Positions 1-14,389 of a stretch of DNA of 64,000 nt are shown here, piece by piece (within the stretch, counting starts at the first letter, position 1; every line of letters starts with the position of its first letter). The notes under the pieces are model-generated. The model did not search any database and was not told where the DNA came from. It worked only from the letters and a program-made list of their open reading frames with translations. The stretch lies in NCBI RefSeq assembly GCF_009914755.1, contig NC_060936.1, one strand, 5' to 3'. The stretch comes from the human T2T-CHM13v2.0 reference genome, Homo sapiens. A program made the translations under genes and the position numbers.

Positions 1-334
1 ACCATCCCACCTACATTTCAGCCTGGATTACAGACAATGCTTGGTTCCCAAATGGATCAGCATTCTCTTGAATGACCCTGATTTTAGTAGTTGCCTGTAC
101 AGGGAGAAGCCACAGTGTGTCTGGTGGTGTCAGCTGCTGGTTCGTGTTGCTTTCCTTATCCTTCCAGTGCTAGAGAGCAAATATTTGGCTATGCCTTTGT
201 CGGGATGGGGTTGGTGGGGGCGGAGGGATATCTGTGTAAGAGTAAAGATGAAAAAAATCACCATTCCTTCGGGACTAAACAAAGCTGACTCTCACATACT
301 GCTTTGACAGTGGGCTTGCTAGAATTAACAATCA

Positions 335-880
<546 letters not shown>

Positions 881-1189
881 ACAATCCTGCTGCATGTGCA
901 AACTGCATCCAAATCCAAACACATACCTCTTGATACCACAGAGCCAGAATCAGCCCTCTACCACCCAAAATGTGGATTTAGTGCTAATGGAGAAAAGAGG
1001 CCTGGGCCTGCCTTAAAGCATTTAGAGATGGAGTCATCTGGTCTTTTCTCAAATCCCTTTCCCTCTATTAGACCTCCTCAAGGCCTGGGTTGGAATTACT
1101 CTCCCACTCATTCCTCAGTGTTACCTCTCTAATATCCTTGTTACAGACTCTGTTGCACGGTGCTCCCTTGTGGGCTCCCTGTCGCCTCA

Positions 1190-1293
1190 TTGGATGTTTA
1201 CTTCTAAAGGGCAGGAAGTGTGTCTTTACCATCTTATATCGCCCTCAGTTATCTAGCACTGTGCCTGGTATGAAAAAAGTCTTCAATAAATTG
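1190..1293 (+). mobile_element. L2 3' end fragment
   Basis: 'agggcagg...tctagcactgtgcctgg...tcaataaat' is the typical L2 terminus. Confidence 0.65.
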
Positions 1294-2224
1294 GGGGAAG
1301 AAGCAATGGATATAAAATAACAACGTAAGGCAAAGTGGCTCCCACGTTACAGCTGGTATTGTAGCAATCCTGCTATTTTTGGGCTAGAAAACATATCACA
1401 ACTCTTTTTATAACATATTTTTAAGCTTTTATAAGTCTTCATCTCATGATTCATATAAATTGATTATTGATCTTTTCAGAAACTAAATTTCTCTATGACA
1501 GGGGATTTTAAACATTTTTAATATAAGACTTTCTGGAGTTCTGAGTGAGCCTCTGCTAGAGAAGGAGGAATGGAGAGAGGGAAAGAAGAAGGGAGAGAAA
1601 GAAGGAGGATAGGGAGGGGTAGGAAAGCAAGAGAAATATCAGTGTTATCAAAATCCTAGATTATTACTGAGAAGAAAGCTGAAATTTTGTTAACACCTTT
1701 CCTCCAATTAATCCGGAAATGGAATAGTGCTAATAGGGTGTGGAGAGAAGCAGTGAGGTGCAAATGGAACGGTGATAGTGGGAAAGGTGAGAAGAGGGTG
1801 GGAAGGGCTGGGCATTTACACCCATCTCATTGCGGCCCAGTGACAGAGATGGGGCTCATGCTGAGCACAACTTGTGCTAATGAGCACTGCTGCCTTATCT
1901 GCTCCCAACCCCTTCTGGGAACTCCTTGAAATTGCTACTCAATAGCACTTAGGAAACACTTGCTATAAATCATATAGAACCAAGAATCCAGCCCCATGAC
2001 AGGATGCATACAGCTAGGCACAATTAGAGACAAGGTTTTCCCCAAACAGTTCTAATCTAAAATATTCTGTCCTGGTCACCCTAGAAGCACGTGTAAACTT
2101 GTCAATCCATGTGCTTTGATTTTTATTTGAAAATATATTCAACAGAAACTAATGACATGAATACTCTGAGATAGGACTGGCTGCAAAACATGTATGGCGT
2201 TCACTAGTCCTTTGCTCCGGATAA

Positions 2225-2760
2225 TGTCAATACTCTGCCAAGACTCTCCAGTGACTTTTACTAGCTCCAGAAGAAAATCTAAAATCCTTGCCTCATCCTC
2301 AAGGCTCTATTGGATCTGATCCCTCCTCCTCTACCCTTTAATCACTGCCTCCCAGTGACACTGGCCTGCTTTCTGTCCTGTGAACATGCCAAACCTGCAC
2401 CTGCCTCAGGGGTTTTGGCCTTGCTCTTCCACCCTCCTAGAATGTTCTTCCACTTGAAGCCATTTACAGTGGGCTCCTTCTTATGGTTCAGACTTGGATT
2501 CAGATGTTAGCTCCACAGGACACCTTTTCTTACAGCCAAACCTCAGCTAGCACTATCCCCTCCCCAGATACTTTCTTGGGCATGGCCCTCTAATATCACC
2601 TTCATGGCATTTATCATGATCTATAATCACCTTATTTACAGGTTTAGTTGTTTATTTTCTGTTTTCCTCACTGGAATATAAGTTACAGTGGGGCAGGGCC
2701 CATGTCTCTCCAGCTGCTAGGATAGTGTCTAGCACATAGCAGGTACTTAATAAATGAATA
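2225..2760 (+). mobile_element. L2 (L2a-like) 3' region
   Basis: 'cacctgcctcagggg..ttgg', 'ggaatataagttacagtggggcaggg', 'tctagcacatagcaggtacttaataaatgaat'. Confidence 0.8.
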
Positions 2761-2925
2761 GTAGGTATCCGTCTTGATCATTTTGGACTGATATAACAAA
2801 CTGCTCTAGACTGAGTGGCTTAAAAATAACAGAAATTTATTTCTCAGAGTTCTGGAAGCTGGAAGATCTAGATCAAAGTGCTGGTAGAGTCAGTGTTTGG
2901 TAAAGGCCCAGTTCCTCGTTCATAG

Positions 2926-3487
<562 letters not shown>

Positions 3488-4364
3488 CAGAATTTCTTTC
3501 ATAAGGGCGCTAATCCCGGTCATGAAGGTTCTGCTCTCATGACTTGATCACCTACCAAAGTCCCTACATTGGGGATTAGGTTTCAACATATGACATTCTG
3601 AGGGACATACATATTCAGTCTGTAACAGTATCTAATAAATAGATTTGATAAATAAAACTGTCTTGTCCCCTTTAGTAGTTAAACACAGTGTTAAGGACAT
3701 AATAAGCCTCAGAAATTTGTCCCCACATTCCTTTTCTTGCCCTTTGATCTGCTCCTTTGTCCTTTGGGAACTTCTCACTTGTCGTTTTGGTTCTTCAGCC
3801 CCTGAACTAATATTGTCTTACAGAAAAAACACATTCTTCAGTCCACATATAGTTATACTAACTCCTGCAATATTCAAAGATTACATCTAAGTAGCCCTCT
3901 CTTGGGAATGGGGTAAGTGGGAGAAGAAAATATCTTTAAATGGAAAGAGAATTAGATGCATTTTGGCTTCATTTTTCTCTTTGCACATTTCCACAAGACT
4001 CATAAACCACAGGCTGTAGGAAGGCAGAGAGGTTACTCAGCTGGCCATAGTCATTCCCAGGCTTACCCTTGGCCATGTTATTATTTCTCAGTATGTAGTA
4101 CTTTCTTATGCATATTATATGCAGTGATTCATATCGATTCTTATTAGCTAGAAGAATGTGGTTAGCTTTCTGAATGTATTCGAACTCTGATTCCTCTATG
4201 TCTGCCAACAAATGCAAAGCAGCACCTAAAACAACTTGTCTTGTTATAAATTTCTCAGAATAAACCACTTAATGTTGATAGTGTCGTGTGACTAAATCCT
4301 TTATTTCTCACATTTGTGGGGCGGGGGACTCAACATGAAAGCCAGGTCTTCTAATTCATGATAT

Positions 4365-4670
4365 TTACTCATTTGAAATAAACATTTACTGCAAACCTTC
4401 TATATTCCAGGCAGCAGGCAAGGTGCCGGGGATACAAAGTCTAATGAGAGATGCTTCTTTCATATTTTCAAGGATCTTGTACTCTAAACCTATGAATATA
4501 GTCCACAGAGACTGTGGACTGTGATGGAGACATGCATAGGGAACTATGGACACATGAAACATCAGTTCCCCTCAGACAGGTAAGCTCCATGTGGGCAGTA
4601 ACTTGTCTATTCCATATCTCAGTGTCTAGAACAGTGGCACATAATAGGCATTCAATGAATACTTGAAAAT
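4365..4670. mobile_element. Two L2 3'-end fragments in opposite orientation
   Basis: Minus piece 'aaacatttactgcaaac...ggggatacaaag'; plus piece 'taagctccatgtgggcag...gtctagaacagtggcacataataggcattcaatgaata'. Confidence 0.6.
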
Positions 4671-4720
4671 TGAAGGAAAGAAGGAAAGAAGGAAAGAGGA
4701 AGGAAGGAAGGAAAGAGAAA

Positions 4721-4750
<30 letters not shown>
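4671..4750 (+). repeat. Compound (GAAG/GAAA)n(AAAT)n microsatellite
   Basis: Directly visible; it follows the L2 terminus. Confidence 0.9.
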
Positions 4751-4752
<2 letters not shown>

Positions 4753-5684
4753 GCTGTCCAGTAAGATTTCCTGGAAGGAAGATTGAAAAGCGGTCTACTT
4801 GAGGAAGAATAGTAAGGAAGGACATTCTTACTGACCCTGACCCTGCTTTGCCCTGGGATTTCTAGGCTGGGAAAGATGCTCAGGCTATTGCAAACCACTG
4901 TGTGAGATGATGAAGCATCTGTGAATATAACTTGGGAATAAATACATTTATTTATGTACTTTTATATCAGAATTCTGTGTTCATTGATGGTGGGATCTAA
5001 GTTTTTCTCCCTGAGACAATGCAGTTAAAAGACTATTGTAGTATTATTTGCCATAAGAAAATGCGTCCTTTGAAAAACCAAGGGATGTTATCATCAAGTC
5101 TCTTCTCTCTGCATGGCACTTTTGGACTGAGAAGTGTTTTTCAATTAGGGATATACCAGTTGAGAACTTTGACCTCCCACTCACAGACTAACCTTCTAAG
5201 GAGGTTGGTCTTGCCTTTTGCAGTCATGTCTGTCAGTCAATCAATGGTGTTGGCTGAGGATCTCATAGGTGCATAGAAAGTAAGGACTTTCTATGAGGTT
5301 ATAAGAACTAGAAATGATTTTCTACATTAGTATCAAGCTTTATAAGGTGCTTCCTAAGAACAATTTGGGATACATTGAGCAGATACTTTGGTGTTACTCT
5401 TCCTGTTTTACCAAATAAGATTGAGGCTCCAATTGATTAATTGATTTGCTGAATATAATGAAGCTAAATAATGGGAGAGTTGGGTCTTAGAGTTTGGCTC
5501 TAGGTCCAGCACTCATTCTCCTACTCTGCATTCCCTCCAAGGGAACAGCAAGACCTGATCCACCAAGGACATAAAACAAACAAAAAAGCGTGCTCCTGCG
5601 GCAGTATTAGGGCCTGGGGTAGAAATATTGATGTATTTGTTGATGTTTTGTGGCCATCAAAGCAACCAGATTTACCTGTTTCTG

Positions 5685-6060
5685 ATGTGTGAGTTAAAAT
5701 AAAATAGATTATGCTGCATTAAGAAATGATCTCAAAGTCTTAGTAGCCTTTACAATAAAAGGATATTTCTCACTCACGCACTCCATGTCCACAGGGAGTT
5801 CTGCTCACTGCCCCAGTCTGAGGGAGGCTCCACCTTGACATGCTGCCATAATAGGCACTCAATAAATACTTAAAATAAATACATAAAAGGCAGGGCAAAG
5901 GAGTATGGTTAGCTGTGCCTTGGCTGTTAAAGCTCCTGCCTGGAAATGACAAATGTCAATCCACTACCGTTTTGTGACCAAAGTCACATGGCAAAGTCTG
6001 TCATCAGTATTCTTCTAGGAAAGGGCAATTAATATGCATGAACAATAGTACAATCTAGCA
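5685..6060 (-). mobile_element. Old MaLR LTR (MLT1K/L-like)
   Basis: 'ttatgctgcattaagaaat...tatttctcactcac', 'ttaaagctcctgcctggaaatgac', 'accaaagtcacatggc'. Confidence 0.6.
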
Positions 6061-6439
6061 AGGTTGCTCAAGCAGCTTTCATTATATTTTAAGCTATAAA
6101 AGTGATGGACAACACCATTGCCAAACCAGCACCTCTGCATCGGAAACACAGTCACCTGACAAGGCTGTCAACACTTTGTGCTTCTGCTGGAGGATATCTT
6201 TGGGCAGGGATATGATCTCTTTGCCAGAGAAAAAAGGAGCAGCTGCTAATCAGGGCTCTGAGTTCTCTATGCATGCAAATGACCTGCCTGAAATTGTTGA
6301 ATCAAAGCAGCTATGAAATATCTTACACTTTTTATAGCCAGCCACTAGTCTAAGGTCCATGAAGGGAAGGACTCTACCTATTTTATTTACCAACGAATAT
6401 TCAGTACCTAGCACAATGCCTGACATATACAGTGTTGAT

Positions 6440-6650
6440 AATAGCCAATATATGTGCCACTCTTAAAAGACTTTATTGTATTAGCTCTTTAAATCCTCAT
6501 GACAACTCAACACAAGAAGGAGCTGTTATTATTCCCATTTTACAGATGAGGAAACTGTGGCACAGAGAGCTTACATAACATGCTTGAGTTCCTTAGAACA
6601 TTAGTGAGTAGGAATTTGAACAAAGAGAGTTTACACTTTTACCCCTATTA
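6440..6650 (-). mobile_element. MIR SINE
   Basis: Core 'ttattattcccattttacagatgaggaaactgtggcacagagag'. Confidence 0.85.
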
Positions 6651-7899
6651 TTTCCTTGATTGAACAACAAAAAAACTCATATTATGTTGCAAAGAATAAA
6701 TGTTCAATCTATTAATTGAGTATTCATTTTCATTTGTGAATTTGGTGGTAGGAGTTAGGTTAAAATCACTTCATTGGCAATTTATCAGAAGGTACTACTT
6801 CACTATTTTGAACCCAGCAGTCTTACTATACTAGCAGTCATAATCATCAATCAATAGCCTAGGTAAAGGCTCAGTTAAGCTCTTCAAATATCATTTTGGC
6901 ATTCTGTGTAAATGAGGAGCCAGGCTGGTAAGAAAATTGAAAGGTGATTCAATCAGCCAGCAGGTGGAGAAGACATAATCAGAGAAAATCAGGGGTCCAA
7001 CCCATCTAATCACCCATGGAATGTGCTGGCTTCATTCTGGGTGAAGTGTTCTGTTGTTACAAATGCTACAAAATAGAGCAGCCCACACAAGTGTTACCAT
7101 TTTCGTTTTGGCTGGTGTTCTGAAGAGCAAGCACATGAGGACAGATGGCAAGCTATCATTTCAGGCCTGCCTTCTGGCTCACCTGCATGTAGCCACATAA
7201 AGCTTTCTCATTTCCTAAGAAAGCCTTTCCTATCTCAAGTCATATTTATAGCCTCTGACTCATCCTCATTACTCCTCCTAGATATCTTAAAGCCTTTCTT
7301 AAGGTCAGAAAGTCTGCCAACATAGAGCTTGCCGCTTGAACTGAGGGGTTCTTCTTGTAGCACTCTAATTATATTAAAGCCTGGAGCTCCAATTTTTACT
7401 CACCAACAGGTCTAGTTTTAATGTTCACATTCTGAAACAAAATCGCTTTCCCCATTTCAGTGTTCTCTTTCAGGGTCTAAATAGATATAACTTTATCATA
7501 GCAAATTTGTTACTCTCAATGTCTAGAATAGGTAAGAATAACAGAGAAGAATTTCCTGATCACTAAAGCAGCACTATTCATTTATGGCATAGTGTTCCTG
7601 TCGCTCCATATGCTGGACGCTCTGTGATGCATTAACAAATGATTTTGTGAGCTTTTGCATTTCTCTGGGTCAGGGATTGTAAATTTAAATACCTTTGGTG
7701 GCTAGACAAGTATGTAAGTAGAGTAGGGCTTGGGCCTGCTGCCCCAAAGCTCTGCCCAATTTTTGCTGTATGGGGAAGCAGGCTCTATGCTGCTAGATCA
7801 GTTTTTTTCCAAGAGAAGGTCAACATTCAGGTTTTTAAAAATGTACAATCTTCTGATTTTTAAATGCTATCTTAATTTTAAAATATTATGGATAAAGGG

Positions 7900-9030
7900 C
7901 ATTTCAGGTAAAGGGAACTAGAGAGAACATGATACATTTGGAGAAATTCAAGTCATTTGATGTGATAGGGTGGTGAGTGCTTAGTGGGGAATAGCAGGAA
8001 ATGGGACTAGACATTCACTTGCATCTTACTTGCAGGTGACATGGTTAGATTTACATTTATATTAGAATGGTTAAGAGGTGGTCTAAGAGGAGAAAACTGG
8101 GGTGGGGATAGGAACCAAGAGGATATCACAACAGTCCCAGGGATCATGTTGAGAACAGAACATGGGCAGTGTGTTAGTCCATTTTGTGTGGCCACAAAGG
8201 AATACCTGAGACTGGGTAATTTATAAAGAAAAGAGATTTGGCTGATGTTCTGCAGGCTGTACAAGCATGGACCAGCATTGACTGGGCTTCTGGTGAGTAC
8301 TCAGAAAGCTTCTACTCATGGTGGGAGGTGAAGGGGGAGCAGGCATGCTACTTGGTGAGAGTGGGAGCAAGAGAGAGTGGAGGAGATGCCAGGCTCCTTT
8401 AGACAACTAACACAAGGTTCCTGTTCCCTACAAATGTGCCAGGGCAGATTCAGAAACTATCTGAACTATTTTGAACTATCAGAGCAAGAACTCATTACCA
8501 TGGGCAGGGCACCAAGCCATTCATGAGGAATCTGCCCCCATGACCCAAACACCTCCCACCAGACCTCACCTCCAACACTGGGGATCACATTTCAACATGA
8601 GATTTGGAGGGAACAAATATCCTAACCATATGAGGCAGGGACTTTGAGGGGAGATGGACTTTAGAGATAAGTAGCAGGAAAAGAAGCAGGACATGGTGAT
8701 GGATTCAATATGGTAGTGAGGGATAAGAAAGCATAGAGGTTGCCACTCAGATTTCTAGGTTGGAAAGGTGGGTCTTGGCTCCTGTCATTTGTTGAGACTA
8801 TAACAAGAGGGGCAGGAACAGGTAGGCTGGAGTGGTGGGTGGGGGTAAAAATGGAGGTGATGGATTCAGTGTTTGATTAGTTTTGTGCTTGTTAGACAGC
8901 CAGGTGGGCTGGAGAAAAGTTGCTGGAAGACATCAGTGTAAAGGTGAGCTTGAACTCATGGGAGCAAATGAGAAACAGCCTGGGAATGGGAGCTGGAGTG
9001 CAACAATTTAAGGTAAAGAACAGAGGAGGA
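7900..9030 (-). mobile_element. L2 relic, split by the MSTB LTR
   Basis: Purine-rich reverse L2 body on both sides of the LTR ('gatggactttagagata...', 'cagatttctaggttgg', 'gttagacagccaggtgg'). Confidence 0.6.
8170..8633 (-). mobile_element. MaLR solo LTR (MSTB-like) carrying an internal templated insertion
   Basis: 'tgtgttagtccatttt...gaatacctgagactgggtaatttataaagaaaagag' to 'catttcaacatgagatttggaggg...ccatatga'. TSD ggcag at 8165-8169 and 8634-8638. Confidence 0.93.
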
Positions 9031-10404
9031 TGACTTGTGAGATTAATGAAGACATAGTAGTCTCACTCCGATCACTGTTGTTCCTCAGAGACTTAAATCC
9101 CACCATAAGCCTCAATTGGTGGGTACAAACAATTCTTCATCTTGCCTGCATATTGCAATGGTTTGGATCGAAGCTGACAAGCGGGAAGCTCACCTTGTAT
9201 GTGGCAACCTGATGAAAGACTCCTGGTGGATCTAAGTGTGACATCTGTAATAGTCCCTGAAAAGGCCCCAGATGACATGTATTGAATACATAAAGAACTT
9301 CAAGTTTTTCTGGGCTGCTCATTCCCTCCCATGCAATTCTTCTTCAAAAGGCAGCCCCAGCCAGGCATTTTATCACACTTTTAAAAGGGCCTACAATGAT
9401 CTTGGCTCTGACTCTATCAGTGGGCTTTCTAGATATTCAGACAGTTATTGATTTCTGAATCTGCCCTGGCACATTTGTAGGGAACAGGAACTTTGCGTTT
9501 TGCCATAGATAACAGCCTCCTGGGCTTGGGCTACAGTTAACTGAAAATATCGCTTAGCACTGGGGCACCAGAGACACCTTTGCTGTTATTATGGGACACA
9601 TAGTACCTTTAGAATATGGCAACCATACAGCATTTCTGAAACTTATTTCTAGAGATAAATCTATTTACATTTTGCTTATGTAATCTTTAAAAAATGTTTT
9701 ATTCATTTTAAGTTTTTATTTTTTACAGGGCTGTGTGCTTTTGCTCCATATTTATGGTGACAAGCTTGTATATCTGTATAGCAAAGCCTCATGAATGACA
9801 ATGTTGTGAGCTGTCTGCCACTGCACATCCCCACATTTCTTAGACCACCTAAATGAAAGTTTCCACATTTGAGATCTCCCTTGTTCAATTTTGTCAGGCT
9901 GTTCAAATAACATGGTTAACGCAAAATGCAAAATTGGCTCACTTTCTCAAATGAGTTTGGTGTTGGCATCCAGTAGAGAAACTGCTTTCATTATCTCATG
10001 TTGAAATATATTCATAATATTCACTTCAATATTTCATATTTCATTATTTTAGTGGTTCAAACTACTAGAGTTCAAATGATGAGAATGTTATTAACTGTTT
10101 TATTCCATGGTTAGAATCATGCCTAGGACACAGCAGGCACTCAATATGTAATTATTGAATAGTAGAAGGAAGTTACTTCCAGGTAATCTTTCAGAGTAAT
10201 TCTCTCAAAAAGAGCATTTTTAAGGAGAAAAATCATATTGTTATTCTAGGAGGCAGTATTTATCATTCTACAGATAAGGCATCCTGATCATTTGCCTTCC
10301 TGGCTAGAGAATATTTTTCTAGCATCTCTTATTGGAAGTAGTTGATGCTCAAAGTTACATTAGAGTCAAACAATATGTCTACGATTAGTTGTGGGGATGA
10401 TTTA

Positions 10405-10730
10405 ATGAAAAGAGCATTGACTTACAATCAAAGACTTGGGTTTGATACTTACCCCTTCTTACACCACTGTATGCTCTTAAGAAAGACATTTAACCTCTCC
10501 CAAGTGGACTTTCTCTTCTGTAAAATGGGATAATAGCTCCCATAAAAACTTGTGAGATAAATAAGTACTTCTCTTCAACTTTTCAGACTCAGGAACAAAG
10601 TAAGAGGAAAATAATTAAAAATAATTAATTAAGAAGGTATTGTAGGTTTCTGCCTACCTTTTGAGATTGCTTTTATGATTAAAAGAGACTATATGCATAA
10701 ATGCCCTTTGTATACTTAAAATTGCTATTT
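10405..10730 (+). mobile_element. MIR SINE fragments
   Basis: 'aagagcattgac...gacttgggtttg', 'ttaacctctc...tctgtaaaatgggataata'. Confidence 0.65.
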
Positions 10731-11429
10731 GAGAGGTCAGGCAATTGCTTACTTATAATTAGTGTTGAGTAATTTGTAATTAGTGCTAAGGGATTACTAT
10801 AAATTCACTTATAGTATAATATTATTATTTATAGTAGATCATGATTAGGATTCAAATAGGGTTTCAGCAGTTTCAGGTATAATTCCTGTGTACTCTATGT
10901 TCCATTTAATAACTGATGGTGACTGAGCAGAGAGATATGGCCTGAATACCTATTAAGTACATAGAAAGTGGCTGGTGAGTATTCAATATCATCATGAGAT
11001 ATTGTTACACTGCCAGCCAAGCTACTCATGTATTCCATGAACACTGATTAAAAACTGACTCTAAAGTATTGAGCACATGGTAAAGAAAACTGGTAGAGCA
11101 CACATGTTTCTCTACTTTAATAGTCTCTCTAGGTACTGAAGACAAATATTAACTTCTAGTTCCAAGCTTTCATGCTAGAAAAGTAAAACCTTGACTCTTG
11201 ATTTTTCTTCAAATTTCAGATGTGTCAAAATGAATATCAATTTTAATAAAATAAACATTTCATTATAAACATAAGTGGATTAATTGTTGGGGAAAGTGAG
11301 CCCAGATATTTTCATTTTTATTTTACTCTCCCCAGTACACTTATTTCATTGAAACGGTAGCTCAGTAAACTCCTACTTAGCTAACATTTTGCAGAGGTGG
11401 CCATTCTGGTTCATAAAGTCATACTTCTG

Positions 11430-12378
11430 TTAACAAGCTCTCCCTCATACTTGTCCCCTTTTTCCCCTTTCCACTACTGCTCCCACAGATTTGGCCAATA
11501 TCTTCTCTTTCCTATTGGGATGCCCATTGCACTGGCCATCCTGTCTGTAGCCTGTCTTCCACATTGCTGCAGAAGGACTCCACTAATACTTGAACCTGGT
11601 GATGTCATTCACTAGCTCAGATAACCTCAGCGGTTTCTCATCACCTACAGGATAGAATCCAGGCACCCTTGAATGGCATGTATGAGTTGGTCCCTGCCTA
11701 CCAGAGCTATCTCATCTTTTCCTCTCTGCTTATGAACTGGGAACAATTCTAATGGCAGTATCTCAAGACATGTGTTTTTTTTTTTTTTTCTCGGACTGGT
11801 GTGCTCTTGCTTCATCTGCCTGCCTGGAAACGCCCTATTTTTCCTTTAAATCTGAATGCATACATTACACCTTCTACAAATGTTTTCTTTACCCTCTCTG
11901 GGAAGCTTAGATAATTTTGCTGCACTTCTGCAGAAATAGGACATATCACCACAAATCAAAAAATTGTTTTGGACTAAAGTCCAAAACCTTAACATGATCA
12001 ACCATACCCCATGTAATCTAGCCCCTTCTCATCACTCTCCTGCCCTTCTTCCATTAGGATCACTATGTTCAACTCACACTGACCTTGAAAGTGCATGCTC
12101 CTTGCTGCCTCAGGACCTTGGTACATGCTATTTCTTCAGCCTGAAGTCTCTCTGGATCTCCACTCTCACTCCTCACTCCCACTCCCACTCTTTGCTTGGC
12201 TATCTCTTATTCACCCTTCAGATTTCACCAGCTGCTACTTTATCAGGGAAGCTTTTCTTAACCTCTCAGACTGTTTTCCCCAGTTATATGCTTACACAGC
12301 CTACACATTCAGAGAATGTTATTGACCATTCTGGTCTCAATGACAGTATGTGTTCAATATATAATTAATTGAATAAAC
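11430..12378 (+). mobile_element. L2 fragments
   Basis: 'catcacctacaggatagaatcca', 'ctgcctcaggaccttgg', terminal 'gttcaatatataattaattgaataaa'. Confidence 0.6.
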
Positions 12379-12871
12379 CTCTATGTAAACATTTATCTTG
12401 CTGATTATACATGTAATATATTTTATCACTAAACTATAAGTTCTCTAAAGAAAAATTATCTTATTTAAAATATTTTGCAATATTTAAGGTATATAAATGT
12501 ATAAAGCATAATACTCCAAATAAGAAGTCTGTTAAGGTCAATGAAGCCAGAATACAATTGGGAACAAAAGGCTTAAAAAAAAGGCAAGCAGAGATAAAAG
12601 AAATTGTGGGTATAAATGTAGACCCAATAGAAACCCAAGATACTGTACACTGCATTGAGCATCCACATCTGGTTCCACTTTTGGCTTTCCCAGCTGAAAA
12701 TTTCCTCACATCCATGGATGTGGCTTTTAGTCAGTGAAATGAAAGATGCTGAGCTATATAATCTGTAAGTGCTTTTCTATTTCTTATATTTCATGCTGCT
12801 GAGACCATTTGGCTGCCTTGATAAGCACTAATCAGCTAGTCTGACAGAAAAGAAATATTCAATTCAGTGGA

Positions 12872-13481
12872 TCTGAGAATACAGTAATAACAAACAAACA
12901 ATTTCTTCTACTACATTCTTACAACATGCTTCTGACACAAGATATGTGGGGGTTGTCCTCCACACATCAAGCAAGAAATCAATTCTAAAGCAGCTCTCGG
13001 AACTCAGGGAAACATGTTTACTTGTTTATTATAAAAGGTATTACAAAGGATACAGATGAAAAGATGTATAGGGTGAGACATATGGAAAGCAGTGCTGAGG
13101 TTTCATGCCCTCTCTGGGTATGCCACCCTCTAGAAACCTCCACATGTTCAGCTTTCCGGAAGCCTACTCCTTTTTGGGTTTTCATGGAGGCTTCATTACA
13201 AAGGCATGATGATTAAGTCATTGCCCATTGGTGATCAACATAACCTTCAGATCCCTTCCTTTCCTTGAGGTTGAAGATTGGGGCTGAAAGTCCCAATCCT
13301 CTAATCCTGCCTTGGTTTCCTGGGTGACCAGCCCAGATCCTGAGCTACCAGTAGGTTGCCAGCCTTCAGTCAACTCATTAGCATACAAAAGATACTTGTC
13401 ACTCTGAAGATTCTAAGGATCTTATGAGTTGTATGCCAGGAAATGAGGACAAAGACCACATACATATTTCACAATATTACA
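12872..13481 (-). mobile_element. Solo LTR, MER21-family-like (internally deleted)
   Basis: The reverse complement starts TGTAATATTGTGAAATATGTATGTGGTCTTTGTCCTCATTTCCTGGCATACAACTC, like recalled MER21B. Candidate TSD gtgga at 12867-12871 and 13482-13486. Confidence 0.8.
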
Positions 13482-14389
13482 GTGGAATATTATGATTTCC
13501 CCACCATAAGTTCAATTTATGCATTTCTTTTGCTGACCATTACTACAGAGAGAGCTATTGACCTGAAATGTCTTGTCTTGTCTTTGATCCTGAAGACTGG
13601 ATCTCATTTTCTCTGCATTTCTTTACAAAACAAACAAAAATTTCCAAATGCCACAAAGCATCTTAAGGATATTGACAATAAATAATGTATTGAGGGTTGA
13701 GTCCTCAAGACTCGCCCACCTCACTACATTAGGATAGATGTGTTTTCATGAATGAGGTTGCATATTTACAGTCTAACATGGATTTGGTCTCAAAGCAATC
13801 CAATTTGCTTAAGTAGGGCTACTAACTGTTTAGCATTAGTTTTATCTACTCTAAAGGTCAATAACACTAAAACATAAGACCTGCTGATGTCATTCTTTCC
13901 TAATGCATCTTGACAAAGGAGAAAGCTCTTGTCTGCTGTCAGCATAAAGATGATTTGCATCACAGGTCATTGATTGAGACTATTTGGGAGTGAAAGAGAA
14001 GAATCTGGGCTATTTGGAATTTCAGGTTATTTGGTTGGCTGGGAAAGAACACTTAAATTCAGAATATGGCGGAGGCATATAACTGGAAACAAAAATAAAT
14101 AAAAATGATATCACAGGAACATAGTGAAGAAAAAGATTATAAGCTGGTAGCAAAGGCTAGTGAAGCTACCATGAGCAAACACAGACATAGAGTGAAGTAC
14201 AAGGACAGTAAATGGGCATCTAGAAATGAATCAAAATTAGGAAAATTGTAGCAGAAGCCAGGGGAGGATACACCTACAAAGGCCTAGGACCAATCTGGTT
14301 TGACTAACGGGGATTGTTCTAGCTCTGTGGACCGAGATTGCTAATTAATCCTCTATTTTTTGTTAACTAGTAGAATCTTCCAAGTGTCC

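Noticed and set aside
200-230. GC box (gggggcggag) near the window start, and ccccgctccgcctcccgc near 29235, as promoters
   Set aside because: Isolated motifs with no CpG island or other promoter evidence.
4500-4520. 9-bp perfect hairpin agtccacag-aga-ctgtggact (and similar 7-8 bp stems near 1866 and 30526)
   Set aside because: Stems this short are expected by chance in 64 kb, and there is no supporting context.
5850-5885. L2-terminus-like 'ataggcactcaataaatac' inside the old MLT1 LTR
   Set aside because: Too short and degenerate to establish an unusual nesting order.
6956-6971. CTCF-like gccagcaggtggaga (also gccaccagatggatt near 28083)
   Set aside because: Both mismatch the conserved GGC at the 3' side of the core; unsupported without ChIP data.
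11964-12368. 134-aa ORF (also 818-1132 and 28880-29212)
   Set aside because: L2-derived or compositionally random, several with non-ATG starts, and no recognisable domain or exon structure.
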